A stretch of 64,000 nt of DNA from an uncultured Clostridia bacterium. GTDB lineage: Bacteria; Bacillota; Clostridia; Oscillospirales; Ruminococcaceae. The stretch covers positions 13,199 to 77,198 of the forward strand of contig CANPYZ010000007.1 of assembly GCA_947589035.1 (NCBI GenBank), given 5' to 3'. Numbering within the stretch: position 1 is the stretch's first letter; each line of letters opens with the position of its first letter. Below the pieces are notes generated by a model that was not told the DNA's origin, ran no database searches, and saw only the letters and a program-made list of their open reading frames with translations. Of the stretch, positions 1-9,030 are shown one piece after another. Both the position numbers and the translations under genes were made by a program.

Positions 1-1929
1 ACCGGAACACTGACAATCAGCGGAACAGGTGAAATGAGAGATTGCGTTTATATGGGACAATTTCCCGTTTTTGCTCCGTGGGCTGATCTTCCTCTTCAAA
101 AAGTTGTGATTGAAGAAGGAATAACTAATGTTGGCGATCAAACTTTCGAATGGGATGACTTAACTTCTGTGGTGCTTCCTGAAAGTGTAACAACTATTGG
201 ACATAGGGCTTTTTATAGTTGTTCTAACCTATCCTCTGTATCAATTCCGGAAAGTGTAACCAATATTGAAATTGGAGAACAAGCCTTTTTGGGAACTCCA
301 TGGTTTGATGCACAATTAGAAAAAAAACCTTTTGCTATTGTTAATTCTATGATCATTGCTTCAAATCCAGATACATGTACAGGAAATCTTGTAATCCCAG
401 AAAGTATAACAACTATTGGCAATGGTGCTTTTTCTGATTGTACAAATTTAACTTCTGTGATAATTCCAGAAAGTGTAACAACTATTGGTGATGGTGCTTT
501 TTCTGATTGTACAAATTTAACTTCTGTAACTATTCCAGAAAGTGTAACAACTATTGGCGGTTTTGCTTTTTCTGGTTGTACAAATTTAACTTCCATGACT
601 ATTCCAGAAAGTGTAATCACTATTGATATTTCTGCTTTTTCTGATTGTGAAAATCTAACTTCCATTACAATTCCGGACAGTGTAAAAAATATTGAAGATT
701 ATGCCTTTGAGAATTGTCTCAGTTTAACTTCTGTAACACTTTCAAAAAATATCACTCATATTGGAACAGATGTATTTTCTAATACACCTTGGTTGAATGC
801 ACAATTAGAAGAAAATTCTTTTGTTGTTATTAATTCTATAATAATTGCTTCGAATAAAAATACCTGTACAGGTGATCTTATCATTCCAGAAGGTGTGACC
901 ACTATTGGAAATAATGTTTTTTCCTATTGTGAAAATTTGACTTCTGTATCCATTCCAGAAGGCGTGACGACTATTGGAAATGATGTTTTTTCCTATTGTG
1001 AAAATTTGACTTCTGTATCCATTCCAGAAGGAGTAATAACTATTGGAGATAATGTTCTTGAAGGATGTAATGGATTGACTTCTGTGACAATTCCGGAAAG
1101 TGTAACCAATATCGGTGCCTGGAGTTTTAGTGGATGTAACAATTTGACTTCTGTGATAATTCCAGAAAATGTGACAACTATTGGCTATAGTGCTTTTGGT
1201 TATTGTGAAAAATTGGCTTCTGTTACTATTTCAGAAAATGTAACCAATGTGGGAGATGAGGTTTTTTTGGATACTCCCTGGGCAGATGCACAACTGGAAA
1301 AAAATCCAATTTTGATTGTTGGTTCTAAAATTATTGTTTCAAATCCGGATACATGTACAGGAGATTTTGCTATTCCGGATAATGTAACCGCTATTGGGCG
1401 TTATGCATTTTCAACCTGTGATAATTTAACTTCTATTACAATTCCAGAAAGTGTGACAAATATTGGAGTGCTTGCATTTTGGAGCTGTGAAAATTTAACA
1501 AAATTTATTGTTGAAAATCCAGATTGTATAATTGCTTATTATGGACATACAATTTGTAATGAATTTTTTGATTATACTGGCGAAGAATTTTATGGAACAA
1601 TTTATGGCTATGAAAATTCAACTGCTCAAATTTATGCAGATAATTTCGGCTATCATTTTGAGCTAATCGGCAGTACTCCAGCTGTGACGACAGTCGGCGA
1701 CCTGAACGCAGACGATAAAACCAATGCGGAAGATTCTGCAATGATTCTCACAGAAGCCGCTAATATTGGCATAGGACAGGCGACATTCACCGAAGAACAA
1801 ACCAAAATGGCAGATGTCAATCAGGACGGCGTTGTCAATGCAGTTGATGCTTCTGTTGTTCTGACTTACGCCGCTGAAAATGGTGCTGGCGTGACTTCTT
1901 TATCATTTTCTGAATGGCTCGAACAATAA
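1..1929 (+). CDS. BspA-type leucine-rich-repeat surface protein with C-terminal dockerin-like module; 5' end lies outside the window
   Basis: Reading frame is open from base 1 (TGTLTISGTGEM...), and the same motif sits internal to the paralog at 6335 (LLIQGTGEMDDWG), so the true start is upstream. About 23-aa LRR units 'NLTSVxIPESVTTIGxxAFSxC' are encoded by near-identical 69-bp DNA repeats. C-terminal 'DLNADDKTNAEDSAMILTEAANIG...DVNQDGVVNAVDASVVLTYAAENGAG' is a duplicated Ca-loop + helix, i.e. a dockerin. Confidence 0.75.
   Translation, partial: TGTLTISGTGEMRDCVYMGQFPVFAPWADLPLQKVVIEEGITNVGDQTFEWDDLTSVVLPESVTTIGHRAFYSCSNLSSVSIPESVTNIEIGEQAFLGTPWFDAQLEKKPFAIVNSMIIASNPDTCTGNLVIPESITTIGNGAFSDCTNLTSVIIPESVTTIGDGAFSDCTNLTSVTIPESVTTIGGFAFSGCTNLTSMTIPESVITIDISAFSDCENLTSITIPDSVKNIEDYAFENCLSLTSVTLSKNITHIGTDVFSNTPWLNAQLEENSFVVINSIIIASNKNTCTGDLIIPEGVTTIGNNVFSYCENLTSVSIPEGVTTIGNDVFSYCENLTSVSIPEGVITIGDNVLEGCNGLTSVTIPESVTNIGAWSFSGCNNLTSVIIPENVTTIGYSAFGYCEKLASVTISENVTNVGDEVFLDTPWADAQLEKNPILIVGSKIIVSNPDTCTGDFAIPDNVTAIGRYAFSTCDNLTSITIPESVTNIGVLAFWSCENLTKFIVENPDCIIAYYGHTICNEFFDYTGEEFYGTIYGYENSTAQIYADNFGYHFELIGSTPAVTTVGDLNADDKTNAEDSAMILTEAANIGIGQATFTEEQTKMADVNQDGVVNAVDASVVLTYAAENGAGVTSLSFSEWLEQ
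436..1060 (+). repeat. Near-identical 69-bp tandem repeats encoding LRR units
   Basis: For example 436-504, 505-573 and 574-642 ('aatttaacttctgt..ccagaaagtgtaacaactattgg..gctttttctg.ttgtaca') and 898-966 / 967-1035 are nearly base-identical. Confidence 0.8.
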
Positions 1930-1942
1930 ATTTTCCAGAAAT

Positions 1943-1975
1943 TTCCCTTGCTTCAGCGGGGGAATTTTTTTCAAA
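1943..1975 (+). terminator. Rho-independent terminator (copy 1 of the conserved terminator-promoter cassette)
   Basis: GC hairpin TTCCCttgcttcagcGGGGGAA followed by a T-run, directly after the stop at 1929. Confidence 0.6.
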
Positions 1976-1981
1976 AAAATC

Positions 1982-2010
1982 TTGACAAATATTTCTATAT
2001 ATGCTATAAT
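1982..2010 (+). promoter_or_regulatory. sigma-A promoter, TTGACA-17 bp-TATAAT
   Basis: TTGACA at 1982-1987 and TATAAT at 2005-2010 with exactly 17 bp between. AGGAG ribosome-binding site precedes the ATG at 2050. Confidence 0.7.
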
Positions 2011-2049
2011 TTTTATAATGAACCTGTTTATGAAAGGAGAAAATTCTTA

Positions 2050-4419
2050 ATGGAAAAACAATTTTTCAAAAAATGGATTGCTGGTATTTCTGCTGTTTTA
2101 CTTGCTGCAAATATTACTATATTCAGCGCAAGTGCTTCAGGGGTGATGGTAGGCATTGACAGAGTAACTATTACATTAAATGAAGATAATTCTGTCCAAA
2201 ATGCTGTTGTCAGAAACTATGCAGGAATTTTTGTTCCCGATTCGGTAACATTTATTTCCGAAGAAAGAGAAAGCTTGGATAAAACATCGAAAATACAGCA
2301 ATATGACACAACAAGTTACACTATACCTATATTCGTGCGGCTGAATGATGAACATGAAGATTTGACAGCAATTGAATTTGGAGTAGAAGCACCCCCACTT
2401 GAAGGCGACCCTGCACAAATCAGTCTTGATTTGCCTTCACCCACAGATATTGGACCATTTAGCGGGGAACTGACCAGCGGAAAATGGGGAATGACCTGGG
2501 CACTCAGTGAAGACAGGGGTATGTGCTGGCTTACACAAGCTTTTGATTATGGAAATCAATCTGGGGGAACCAATATTGCTTTGGTAATGGTTACCATAGA
2601 AAATCCAACAATGGATGTGAAATATCCTGTTGTTTACAGGTCAGAAGGCATTAACCAGGATGGTCATCCCTCTGTAGAAATCTGGAAAAATGGAGAAATT
2701 TCTTTTCCCGCAACAATCAGTGACGGATATATTGAATTTCATCAAGAGACAACCCCTGAAACAACAACGACTGAAACAACGACAACCACAACAACGACTG
2801 AAACAACGACGACAACAACCACTACCACAACGACAGAAACTTCTCCTGCACCAGATAGTCCGACAACATTCACAGAATGTATCAATAACTGGAAATTTTC
2901 CAATTCTCATCGTAATTTCGGGGAAAATTATTATATTAGCGAAGATTACCTGAAAAAATTATTAGATGGTCTTTCCCGTACAGAACAGGCTGGCATAAAA
3001 GAACTGTTAAGCAAAAATTTCGAAGGTTCTTGTTATGGTATGGCTTGCACGTCTATTCTTTCTTGTTATGATATTTTAAAGCCTGCTGATTATCAGGAAA
3101 AGGCGAATTTCCTGCATGATATTGATGCGCCACCGTCAAAAGAAGTGCAGTCTTTAATTAATTATTATTTCGCTTTACAGGAAACAAATGAAGTGCAGCA
3201 ATATATTACTCATGCATTAACTGACTTAACAGAAGAAGAAAAAATTGAAAAATTACTTTCGCAGCTGGAAGACGATTCCCCTACACTGCTGACGTTCTAC
3301 CGTGATTCCGGCGGCGGTCATGCTGTTGTGGCGTATGATGTGGAATACGGCAGTTTTGTGATAGACAAGCAAGCTTATAATGCAAAAGTCTTTATTTATG
3401 ATAGTAATGCTGTTGATTTTGATGATGATGCCTGCATGTATATCAATACTTCCGAAAATATCTGGACAATTCCGTATTATTTCGATGCAAATTCCGGAAA
3501 AGACGGAAAAATCGGCATGACAACAGATGATTTATATCTGATTAATTATCATGGCTATCTTGACGGAACAGAAAAAAAATCCACGCAGGAATATATTCCT
3601 GTTCTGACTTCAGAAAATTTGGATACTAATTTTTCTTTAAGAAGAATTAATCTTGAAGGCGATTCCTGGTCGGTCAATTCCGCTCCTGATGATGATATAA
3701 AATTATTTTCTTCTTTCACTGATGAAGACACGCCGGAAAACATGAAATTCGCTGTTAAAGGCAATCAGAAAGGCTGTGTGCTGAAATTAAAAGAAAATGA
3801 ACCTGTTGATATGTCTATGCGTTACGAAAATGACCTGATTCAGGCAAAATCGGAACTTGCTGATGAAATTGTTTTCGACCCGTCCGGTTATGCGGAAATT
3901 TCCGGAGAAACTTCTGCTTACACGCTGAATTTAACTTCTAATGACGGTTACGCCCCGACTGACTGGTACGAAATGAACGCTTCCGGAACAGCAAGTGAAG
4001 CGAAACTTTACAAGACTTCCGACGGCTATATCATGAAAGCAGATAATTTAGAAAACGTTTCCCTTTCGGCAAAAAGTGACAATTCCAGCCCGTCTCTGAA
4101 GTTCAGTACGGAATATTCTGAAGTGTTGATTTATGAAATTGATGAAAATACTATCGGCGTTGCGGTAGACACTGACGACAACGGCAGTTATGAAACAACA
4201 ATTGCCAAGACTGAACCGTTGAAACAAGGCGATGCCGACGGCGACGACAACATCAGCATTTTAGATGTGATTCTTGTCAATCGGGCGATTCTCGGCAAGT
4301 CTTCTCTTACGGCTGAACAGGTAAATGCCGTAGATTTCAACAAAAATGGCTATCCTGAACCGGATGAAGCCCTGATGATTATGAAGTATATCGTGAAAAT
4401 TATTGATAATTTTTCCTGA
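2050..4419 (+). CDS. Secreted modular dockerin protein: signal peptide, beta-rich N-domain, Thr-rich linker, papain-like (clan CA) putative cysteine peptidase domain, type-I dockerin
   Basis: The track ORF 1948-4419 includes the promoter; the real start is the ATG at 2050 (MEKQFFKKWIAGISAVLLAANITIFSASA signal peptide, AGGAG RBS). Linker TTTETTTTTTTTETTTTTTTT. Catalytic-like motifs 'FEGSCYGMACTS' (Cys) ... 'GGGHAVVAYDVEYG' (His) ... 'YDSNAV' (Asn) are spaced as in C1/C10 peptidases. C-terminal 'GDADGDDNISILDVILVNRAILGK...VDFNKNGYPEPDEALMIMKYIV' is a two-repeat dockerin. Confidence 0.8.
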   Translation: MEKQFFKKWIAGISAVLLAANITIFSASASGVMVGIDRVTITLNEDNSVQNAVVRNYAGIFVPDSVTFISEERESLDKTSKIQQYDTTSYTIPIFVRLNDEHEDLTAIEFGVEAPPLEGDPAQISLDLPSPTDIGPFSGELTSGKWGMTWALSEDRGMCWLTQAFDYGNQSGGTNIALVMVTIENPTMDVKYPVVYRSEGINQDGHPSVEIWKNGEISFPATISDGYIEFHQETTPETTTTETTTTTTTTETTTTTTTTTTTETSPAPDSPTTFTECINNWKFSNSHRNFGENYYISEDYLKKLLDGLSRTEQAGIKELLSKNFEGSCYGMACTSILSCYDILKPADYQEKANFLHDIDAPPSKEVQSLINYYFALQETNEVQQYITHALTDLTEEEKIEKLLSQLEDDSPTLLTFYRDSGGGHAVVAYDVEYGSFVIDKQAYNAKVFIYDSNAVDFDDDACMYINTSENIWTIPYYFDANSGKDGKIGMTTDDLYLINYHGYLDGTEKKSTQEYIPVLTSENLDTNFSLRRINLEGDSWSVNSAPDDDIKLFSSFTDEDTPENMKFAVKGNQKGCVLKLKENEPVDMSMRYENDLIQAKSELADEIVFDPSGYAEISGETSAYTLNLTSNDGYAPTDWYEMNASGTASEAKLYKTSDGYIMKADNLENVSLSAKSDNSSPSLKFSTEYSEVLIYEIDENTIGVAVDTDDNGSYETTIAKTEPLKQGDADGDDNISILDVILVNRAILGKSSLTAEQVNAVDFNKNGYPEPDEALMIMKYIVKIIDNFS

Positions 4420-4425
4420 ATAATT

Positions 4426-4457
4426 TTCCCCTGTTTCGGCAGGGGAAAATTTTTTTG
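4426..4457 (+). terminator. Rho-independent terminator (cassette copy 2)
   Basis: TTCCCCTGtttcggCAGGGGAA followed by a T-run. Confidence 0.75.
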
Positions 4458-4464
4458 AAAAAAC

Positions 4465-4493
4465 TTGACAAATATTTCTATATATGTTATAAT
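4465..4493 (+). promoter_or_regulatory. sigma-A promoter, TTGACA-17 bp-TATAAT
   Basis: TTGACA at 4465-4470 and TATAAT at 4488-4493; same cassette as at 1982. Confidence 0.7.
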
Positions 4494-4579
4494 CATAATA
4501 TCAGTATTTCAAAAACAAATTTATTATGTTTGTTCAAAAATGCGTTTTGTATTTATTCTAAAATGAAAGGTTGGTTTTA

Positions 4580-6220
4580 ATGAAACAGATTAACTTTCAA
4601 AAAAAACTTATTGCTATTGCGGCTATTCTTCTGACTGCAAGCGCAGCAACAGTTACAGCACACGCTTCAGAATTAAAAGTCGGACTTGATCAGGTGACTA
4701 TTACCTTAAATGAAGATAATTCTGTTAAAAGTGCAGTCACTAAAAATGATGCGGGCATTTTCGTATGTAATCCAGAAACATTTAAACTTGAAGAAAAAGA
4801 AAGTTTAGATAAAACAGCAAAAGTTATTCAATCGGGAAATTCTTATACAGTGCCTGTTTTTGTCAGATTAAATGGTGACCATACAGCTGTCACTGATGTT
4901 GAATTTGGCATAGAAATTTCCGATTTAGCTTATGATGATGCAGCAGTCAGTTATGAAGTATTTAATATTGCTTCCGATTCTGGTTCTAAGGGCGGCGAAG
5001 CTCTCGATTGGGGTATGACGTTTGCTGTGAATGATGACAGCAAAAGCACTTGGTTAGTTAATTCATTTAGTTCACCTCAATCAAATGGAACTTGTCTTGC
5101 TTTATTTATGGTAACAATAGATAACCCTACACTTGATGTGCAATATCCTGTTATTTATAAGACAGAAGGTATCAATGCAGACGGCAAGCCTTCTGTAGAA
5201 GTCTGGAAAAATGGAAAAACTTCTATTTCGCCAATAATTAGCGATGGATATATCGAATTTCATCAAGAAACAACCCCTGAAACAACAACGACAACAACAA
5301 CAACAACTATAGAAGAAAGTACTACAACAACTACCACAACCACGGTAGAAACCACGACAGAAGAAACAACAGTTTCTCCCACGGCATTGAATGCCTATCG
5401 GGATATTTTAGATATGTATTATGAAAATATTTCCAACAATTGGGAAGGGTTCTCTAACGGAACATATGGCATAAGAGGTTTGACATTAGATAATGTTAGC
5501 TATATGTGGCAAGCTTATTTTAAAAACAAAACACTTTCTGAAACGGGTTATCAATTTATTGACTTGAATCATGACGGTTTGGAAGAACTGCTTGTCAGTG
5601 TGATAGACATTCCGGAAAAGGGATATTCCGACATGATTTGTGATGTGTACACAATTGACGGCGAAGACGTTGTGCATTTAGCCTCCAGTGGCGAAAGAGA
5701 TGCTTTTTTCCTCGGAGAAAATGGAGAACTTTGTGAACAGAGTTCAGGTAGTGTAAATGTATCAGGAAATGACTATTATTTAATCAGAAATGGTGCTTTG
5801 ATTTGTCAAGAATCCTATCTTTATGATGCTTATGAAAATGAAGAACATCCATATTTTTATGCTGAACTTCCTGATGCGTCCTGTTATGATGAATATGGAA
5901 ATATTCTTGCTTCAAAAATGGATTCTATTACAGAAGAAGAATTTTATCAAGGCATTGCTGAACATGTTCATCAATCGCTTCAGCTTACGCTGTTCAGTGA
6001 ATACCAGAAAAGCCCTAAAATTAAAGCGGGCGATGCTGATAGCAATGGCGACATTAACATTTTAGATGTCATTCTCGTCAATCGGGCAATTTTAGGGAAG
6101 TCTTCTCTTACTGCTGAACAAGTGAAAGCCGTTGACTTTAACGGGAATGGCTACCCCGAACCGGAAGAAGCCCTGATGATTATGAAATATATTGTAGGCA
6201 TTATTACTGATTTTTCTTAA
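4580..6220 (+). CDS. Secreted modular dockerin protein (paralog): same N-domain as the 2050 gene, Thr-rich linker, unrelated middle domain, type-I dockerin
   Basis: ATG at 4580 (MKQINFQKKLIAIAAILLTASAATVTAHA) with GAAAGG RBS. N-domain 'VGLDQVTITLNEDNSVKSAV...' matches 'VGIDRVTITLNEDNSVQNAV...' of the 2050 gene. Linker TTTTTTTTTIEESTTTTTTTT. Dockerin 'GDADSNGDINILDVILVNRAILGK...VDFNGNGYPEPEEALMIMKYIV'. Confidence 0.8.
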   Translation: MKQINFQKKLIAIAAILLTASAATVTAHASELKVGLDQVTITLNEDNSVKSAVTKNDAGIFVCNPETFKLEEKESLDKTAKVIQSGNSYTVPVFVRLNGDHTAVTDVEFGIEISDLAYDDAAVSYEVFNIASDSGSKGGEALDWGMTFAVNDDSKSTWLVNSFSSPQSNGTCLALFMVTIDNPTLDVQYPVIYKTEGINADGKPSVEVWKNGKTSISPIISDGYIEFHQETTPETTTTTTTTTIEESTTTTTTTTVETTTEETTVSPTALNAYRDILDMYYENISNNWEGFSNGTYGIRGLTLDNVSYMWQAYFKNKTLSETGYQFIDLNHDGLEELLVSVIDIPEKGYSDMICDVYTIDGEDVVHLASSGERDAFFLGENGELCEQSSGSVNVSGNDYYLIRNGALICQESYLYDAYENEEHPYFYAELPDASCYDEYGNILASKMDSITEEEFYQGIAEHVHQSLQLTLFSEYQKSPKIKAGDADSNGDINILDVILVNRAILGKSSLTAEQVKAVDFNGNGYPEPEEALMIMKYIVGIITDFS

Positions 6221-6228
6221 ATTAAAAT

Positions 6229-6260
6229 TTTCCCCCGCTCCGGCAGGGGGAATTTTTTTT
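6229..6260 (+). terminator. Rho-independent terminator (cassette copy 3)
   Basis: TTCCCCCGctccggCAGGGGGAA followed by T8. Confidence 0.75.
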
Positions 6261-6269
6261 CAAAAAATC

Positions 6270-6298
6270 TTGACAAATTCAGGAAAATATGCTATACT
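6270..6298 (+). promoter_or_regulatory. sigma-A promoter, TTGACA-17 bp-TATACT
   Basis: TTGACA at 6270-6275 and TATACT at 6293-6298. AGGAGG RBS before the ATG at 6335. Confidence 0.65.
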
Positions 6299-6334
6299 AA
6301 ATTATCATTAATTATTCATTAAGGAGGAATTTCG

Positions 6335-8968
6335 ATGAAAAATTTCAGAAAATTAGCCGCATTTCTTTGCGTGTGCAGCTTAAGCATGACAAGCCTTCCC
6401 GTTTCCGCACTGGAAGTCATGCCTGAAGAGACAACTAAACCAATCATTCAGGATTACGGGCTTTCCGGTACTTGCGGAGATGATTTGACCTGGTCCTTTG
6501 ATGAATCGGCTGGCGACCTGCTAATACAGGGAACCGGTGAAATGGACGACTGGGGCGCAGCCAGCTTAGACCCGCCTTCTGTTCCGTGGGAATACTTCAA
6601 AGATGACATTCACGCAGTCACTATCTCGGACGGCGCAACGAATGTCGGTTACAATGCATTCGGAGAATGTTATTCCCTGACAGGAATCAGCCTTCCGAAC
6701 AGTATCACCCGCATTGAAGGCAGTGCATTTTTCAATTGTTCCGCACTGACAGAAATTGTTCTTCCGGATAATCTGACCAATATCGGCGGCAGTGCTTTCG
6801 AAAACTGCTACAAACTGAAAGAAATCACGATTCCGGCAAGCGTGCAGAAAATCGGAAACAGTGCCTTTAAAGATTCCGGACTGACAGGAATCACCATTCC
6901 GGAAAAAGTCAGCAATATTGGGAATGCAACATTTTCAGGCTGTACGGATTTAACAGAAGTCACCATTCCGGATAGCGTGACAGTGATTGAATCTTCTGCA
7001 TTTGCTGACTGCACAAGCCTGACAGGAATCACTCTTCCGGCAAATGTCCACCGTATCGGGAGAAATGCATTTTACGATTGCTCAGCGTTAAAGGAAATCA
7101 GAATTAAAAATGCCGATTGCGAAATTGAAGATGAAGCGGAAACGATTTCCGATACAGCAACGATTTATGGATATTCTGGTTCTACTGCACAGGCTTATGC
7201 GGAAAAATACGGAAGAAAATTCGTTGCACTTGATGATGAACCTGAACCTGAACCGGAAAAACCTACAACCACAACAACTGAAACAACGACAACGACGACG
7301 ACAACAACTACTACTACGACTACTACCACTACAACAAAAACTACTACTACAGAAACAACATCAACCACGACAACAACAGAAAACACTGCTCCTGCACCAA
7401 GTCACCCGACAACATTCACAGAAGGAGTCAATAACTGGAGTTTCTCCAATTCAAGCTATAATTTCGGAGATGGCTATTATATCCGTGCAGACTATCTGAG
7501 AAAATTACTTGAGGGGCTTTCCCGTACAGAACGTGCAGATGTGCAAGATATTTTAAGTGGTGGTTTCGGCGGTTCTTGTTATGGCATGGCTTGCACGTCC
7601 GTAATTTCCTGCTATGATGATCTTTTCGATGCTTCCGTTTATCAGGAAGATGCCTCTTGTCTGCATGACATTGACGGACCTCCGACAAAAGAAGTGCAAT
7701 CCTTAATCAATTATTATTTTGCTTTACAGGTCACTGATGAAGTTTATCAGTACACCGCAAGAGCAGTATATGATACGCAAGAATCAGAAAAAATTCAGAA
7801 ACTAATCCGGCAAGTAGAAAATGGGAAGCCTACCCTGCTGACGTTTTTCTTAGGGTCCGGCGGCGGTCATGCAATTGTTGCCTATGGCGTGGAACATGAC
7901 AGCTATATGATTGACGGGGAATTTTACGATACGAAAATTATTACTTATGATAATAATGCTATTGATTTCGATGACGATGCCTGCATGTATATCAATACTT
8001 CTGAAAACAGCTGGAAAATTCCCTATTATTTCTCTGCCGACACATATTATGGTGGAACGCTCGGCATGACTTCTGATAGTTTAGATATTATTAACTATCA
8101 TGGTTATCTTGACGGTTCAGATGTTGGCATGATGCAGGAATATATTCCCGTTCTGACTTCCGACATTCTCGACACGGAATTTTCGTTCAAGAGAATTACC
8201 CTTAACGGCGATTCATGGACAATCAATTCTGATGCTGATGAGGAAATTAAACCTTTCTCTTCTTTCACTGATAATGCTGTTCCTGTAGATATGAAATTCG
8301 CCATCAAAGGCAATCAAAAAGGCTGTATGATGCAATTGAAACAGCCTGACGAAATTGATTTGTCCATGCGTTACGAAAATGACCGCATTCAGGCAGATTT
8401 TGAACATGCAGACAACGTTGTTTTCGACCCGTCCGGTTATGTTTCCGTTTCAGGGAAAACTTCTGAGTATGCTTTAGATTTCATTTCCAATGATGGTTAC
8501 GCTCCGACTGACTGGTACGAAATGAACGCTTCCGGAACTGCCGGAGAAGTACAGCTCTCCAAGGCTTCCGACGGCTACATCATGAAGGCAGATAATTTAG
8601 AAAATGTTTCTCTTTCCGCAAAAAGTGACAATTCCAGCCCTTCTCTGAAGTTCAGCACGGAATATTCTGAAGTGTTGATTTATGAAATTGATGAAAATAC
8701 TATTGGCGTTGCTGTGGACACTGACGACAACGGCAGTTATGAAACAACAATTGCACAAAGCACCGCCTTAAAACAAGGTGATGCTGACGGCGACGGCGAC
8801 ATCAGCATTTTAGATGTGATTCTTGTCAATCGGGCGATTCTCGGCAAGTCTTCTCTTACGGCTGAACAGGTAAATGCCGTAGATTTCAACAAAAATGGCT
8901 ATCCTGAACCAGATGAAGCCCTGATGATTATGAAATATATCGTGAAAATTATTGATAATTTTTCCTGA
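6335..8968 (+). CDS. Secreted modular dockerin protein (paralog): BspA-type LRR N-domain, Thr-rich linker, papain-like putative cysteine peptidase domain, type-I dockerin
   Basis: Signal peptide MKNFRKLAAFLCVCSLSMTSLPVSA. LRR units 'LTGITIPxxVxxIGxxAFxxC'. Linker KPTTTTTETTTTTTTTTTTTT. The C-terminal about 520 aa are near-identical to the 2050 gene ('GGSCYGMACTSVISCYD', 'GGGHAIVAYGVEH') with the same dockerin. Confidence 0.85.
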   Translation: MKNFRKLAAFLCVCSLSMTSLPVSALEVMPEETTKPIIQDYGLSGTCGDDLTWSFDESAGDLLIQGTGEMDDWGAASLDPPSVPWEYFKDDIHAVTISDGATNVGYNAFGECYSLTGISLPNSITRIEGSAFFNCSALTEIVLPDNLTNIGGSAFENCYKLKEITIPASVQKIGNSAFKDSGLTGITIPEKVSNIGNATFSGCTDLTEVTIPDSVTVIESSAFADCTSLTGITLPANVHRIGRNAFYDCSALKEIRIKNADCEIEDEAETISDTATIYGYSGSTAQAYAEKYGRKFVALDDEPEPEPEKPTTTTTETTTTTTTTTTTTTTTTTTKTTTTETTSTTTTTENTAPAPSHPTTFTEGVNNWSFSNSSYNFGDGYYIRADYLRKLLEGLSRTERADVQDILSGGFGGSCYGMACTSVISCYDDLFDASVYQEDASCLHDIDGPPTKEVQSLINYYFALQVTDEVYQYTARAVYDTQESEKIQKLIRQVENGKPTLLTFFLGSGGGHAIVAYGVEHDSYMIDGEFYDTKIITYDNNAIDFDDDACMYINTSENSWKIPYYFSADTYYGGTLGMTSDSLDIINYHGYLDGSDVGMMQEYIPVLTSDILDTEFSFKRITLNGDSWTINSDADEEIKPFSSFTDNAVPVDMKFAIKGNQKGCMMQLKQPDEIDLSMRYENDRIQADFEHADNVVFDPSGYVSVSGKTSEYALDFISNDGYAPTDWYEMNASGTAGEVQLSKASDGYIMKADNLENVSLSAKSDNSSPSLKFSTEYSEVLIYEIDENTIGVAVDTDDNGSYETTIAQSTALKQGDADGDGDISILDVILVNRAILGKSSLTAEQVNAVDFNKNGYPEPDEALMIMKYIVKIIDNFS

Positions 8969-8974
8969 ATGATT

Positions 8975-9000
8975 TTCCCCTGTTCCGGCAGGGGATTTTT
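8975..9000 (+). terminator. Rho-independent terminator (cassette copy 4)
   Basis: TTCCCCTGttccggCAGGGGA followed by a T-run. Confidence 0.75.
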
Positions 9001-9001
9001 C

Positions 9002-9030
9002 TTGACAGAATCACAATTTTGTGTTATACT
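9002..9030 (+). promoter_or_regulatory. sigma-A promoter, TTGACA-17 bp-TATACT
   Basis: TTGACA at 9002-9007 and TATACT at 9025-9030. Confidence 0.6.

Noticed and set aside
2641-2953. ORFs 2641-2910(-) and 2690-2953(+), with similar ones at 7110-7499, 7195-7386, 21516-22085, 21697-21924 and 41175-41387, encoding Cys/Arg-rich, Gln/Arg-rich or poly-Val peptides
   Set aside because: They are alternative-frame or antisense readings of the (ACN)n poly-Thr linker DNA inside well-supported genes. The composition is a low-complexity artefact.
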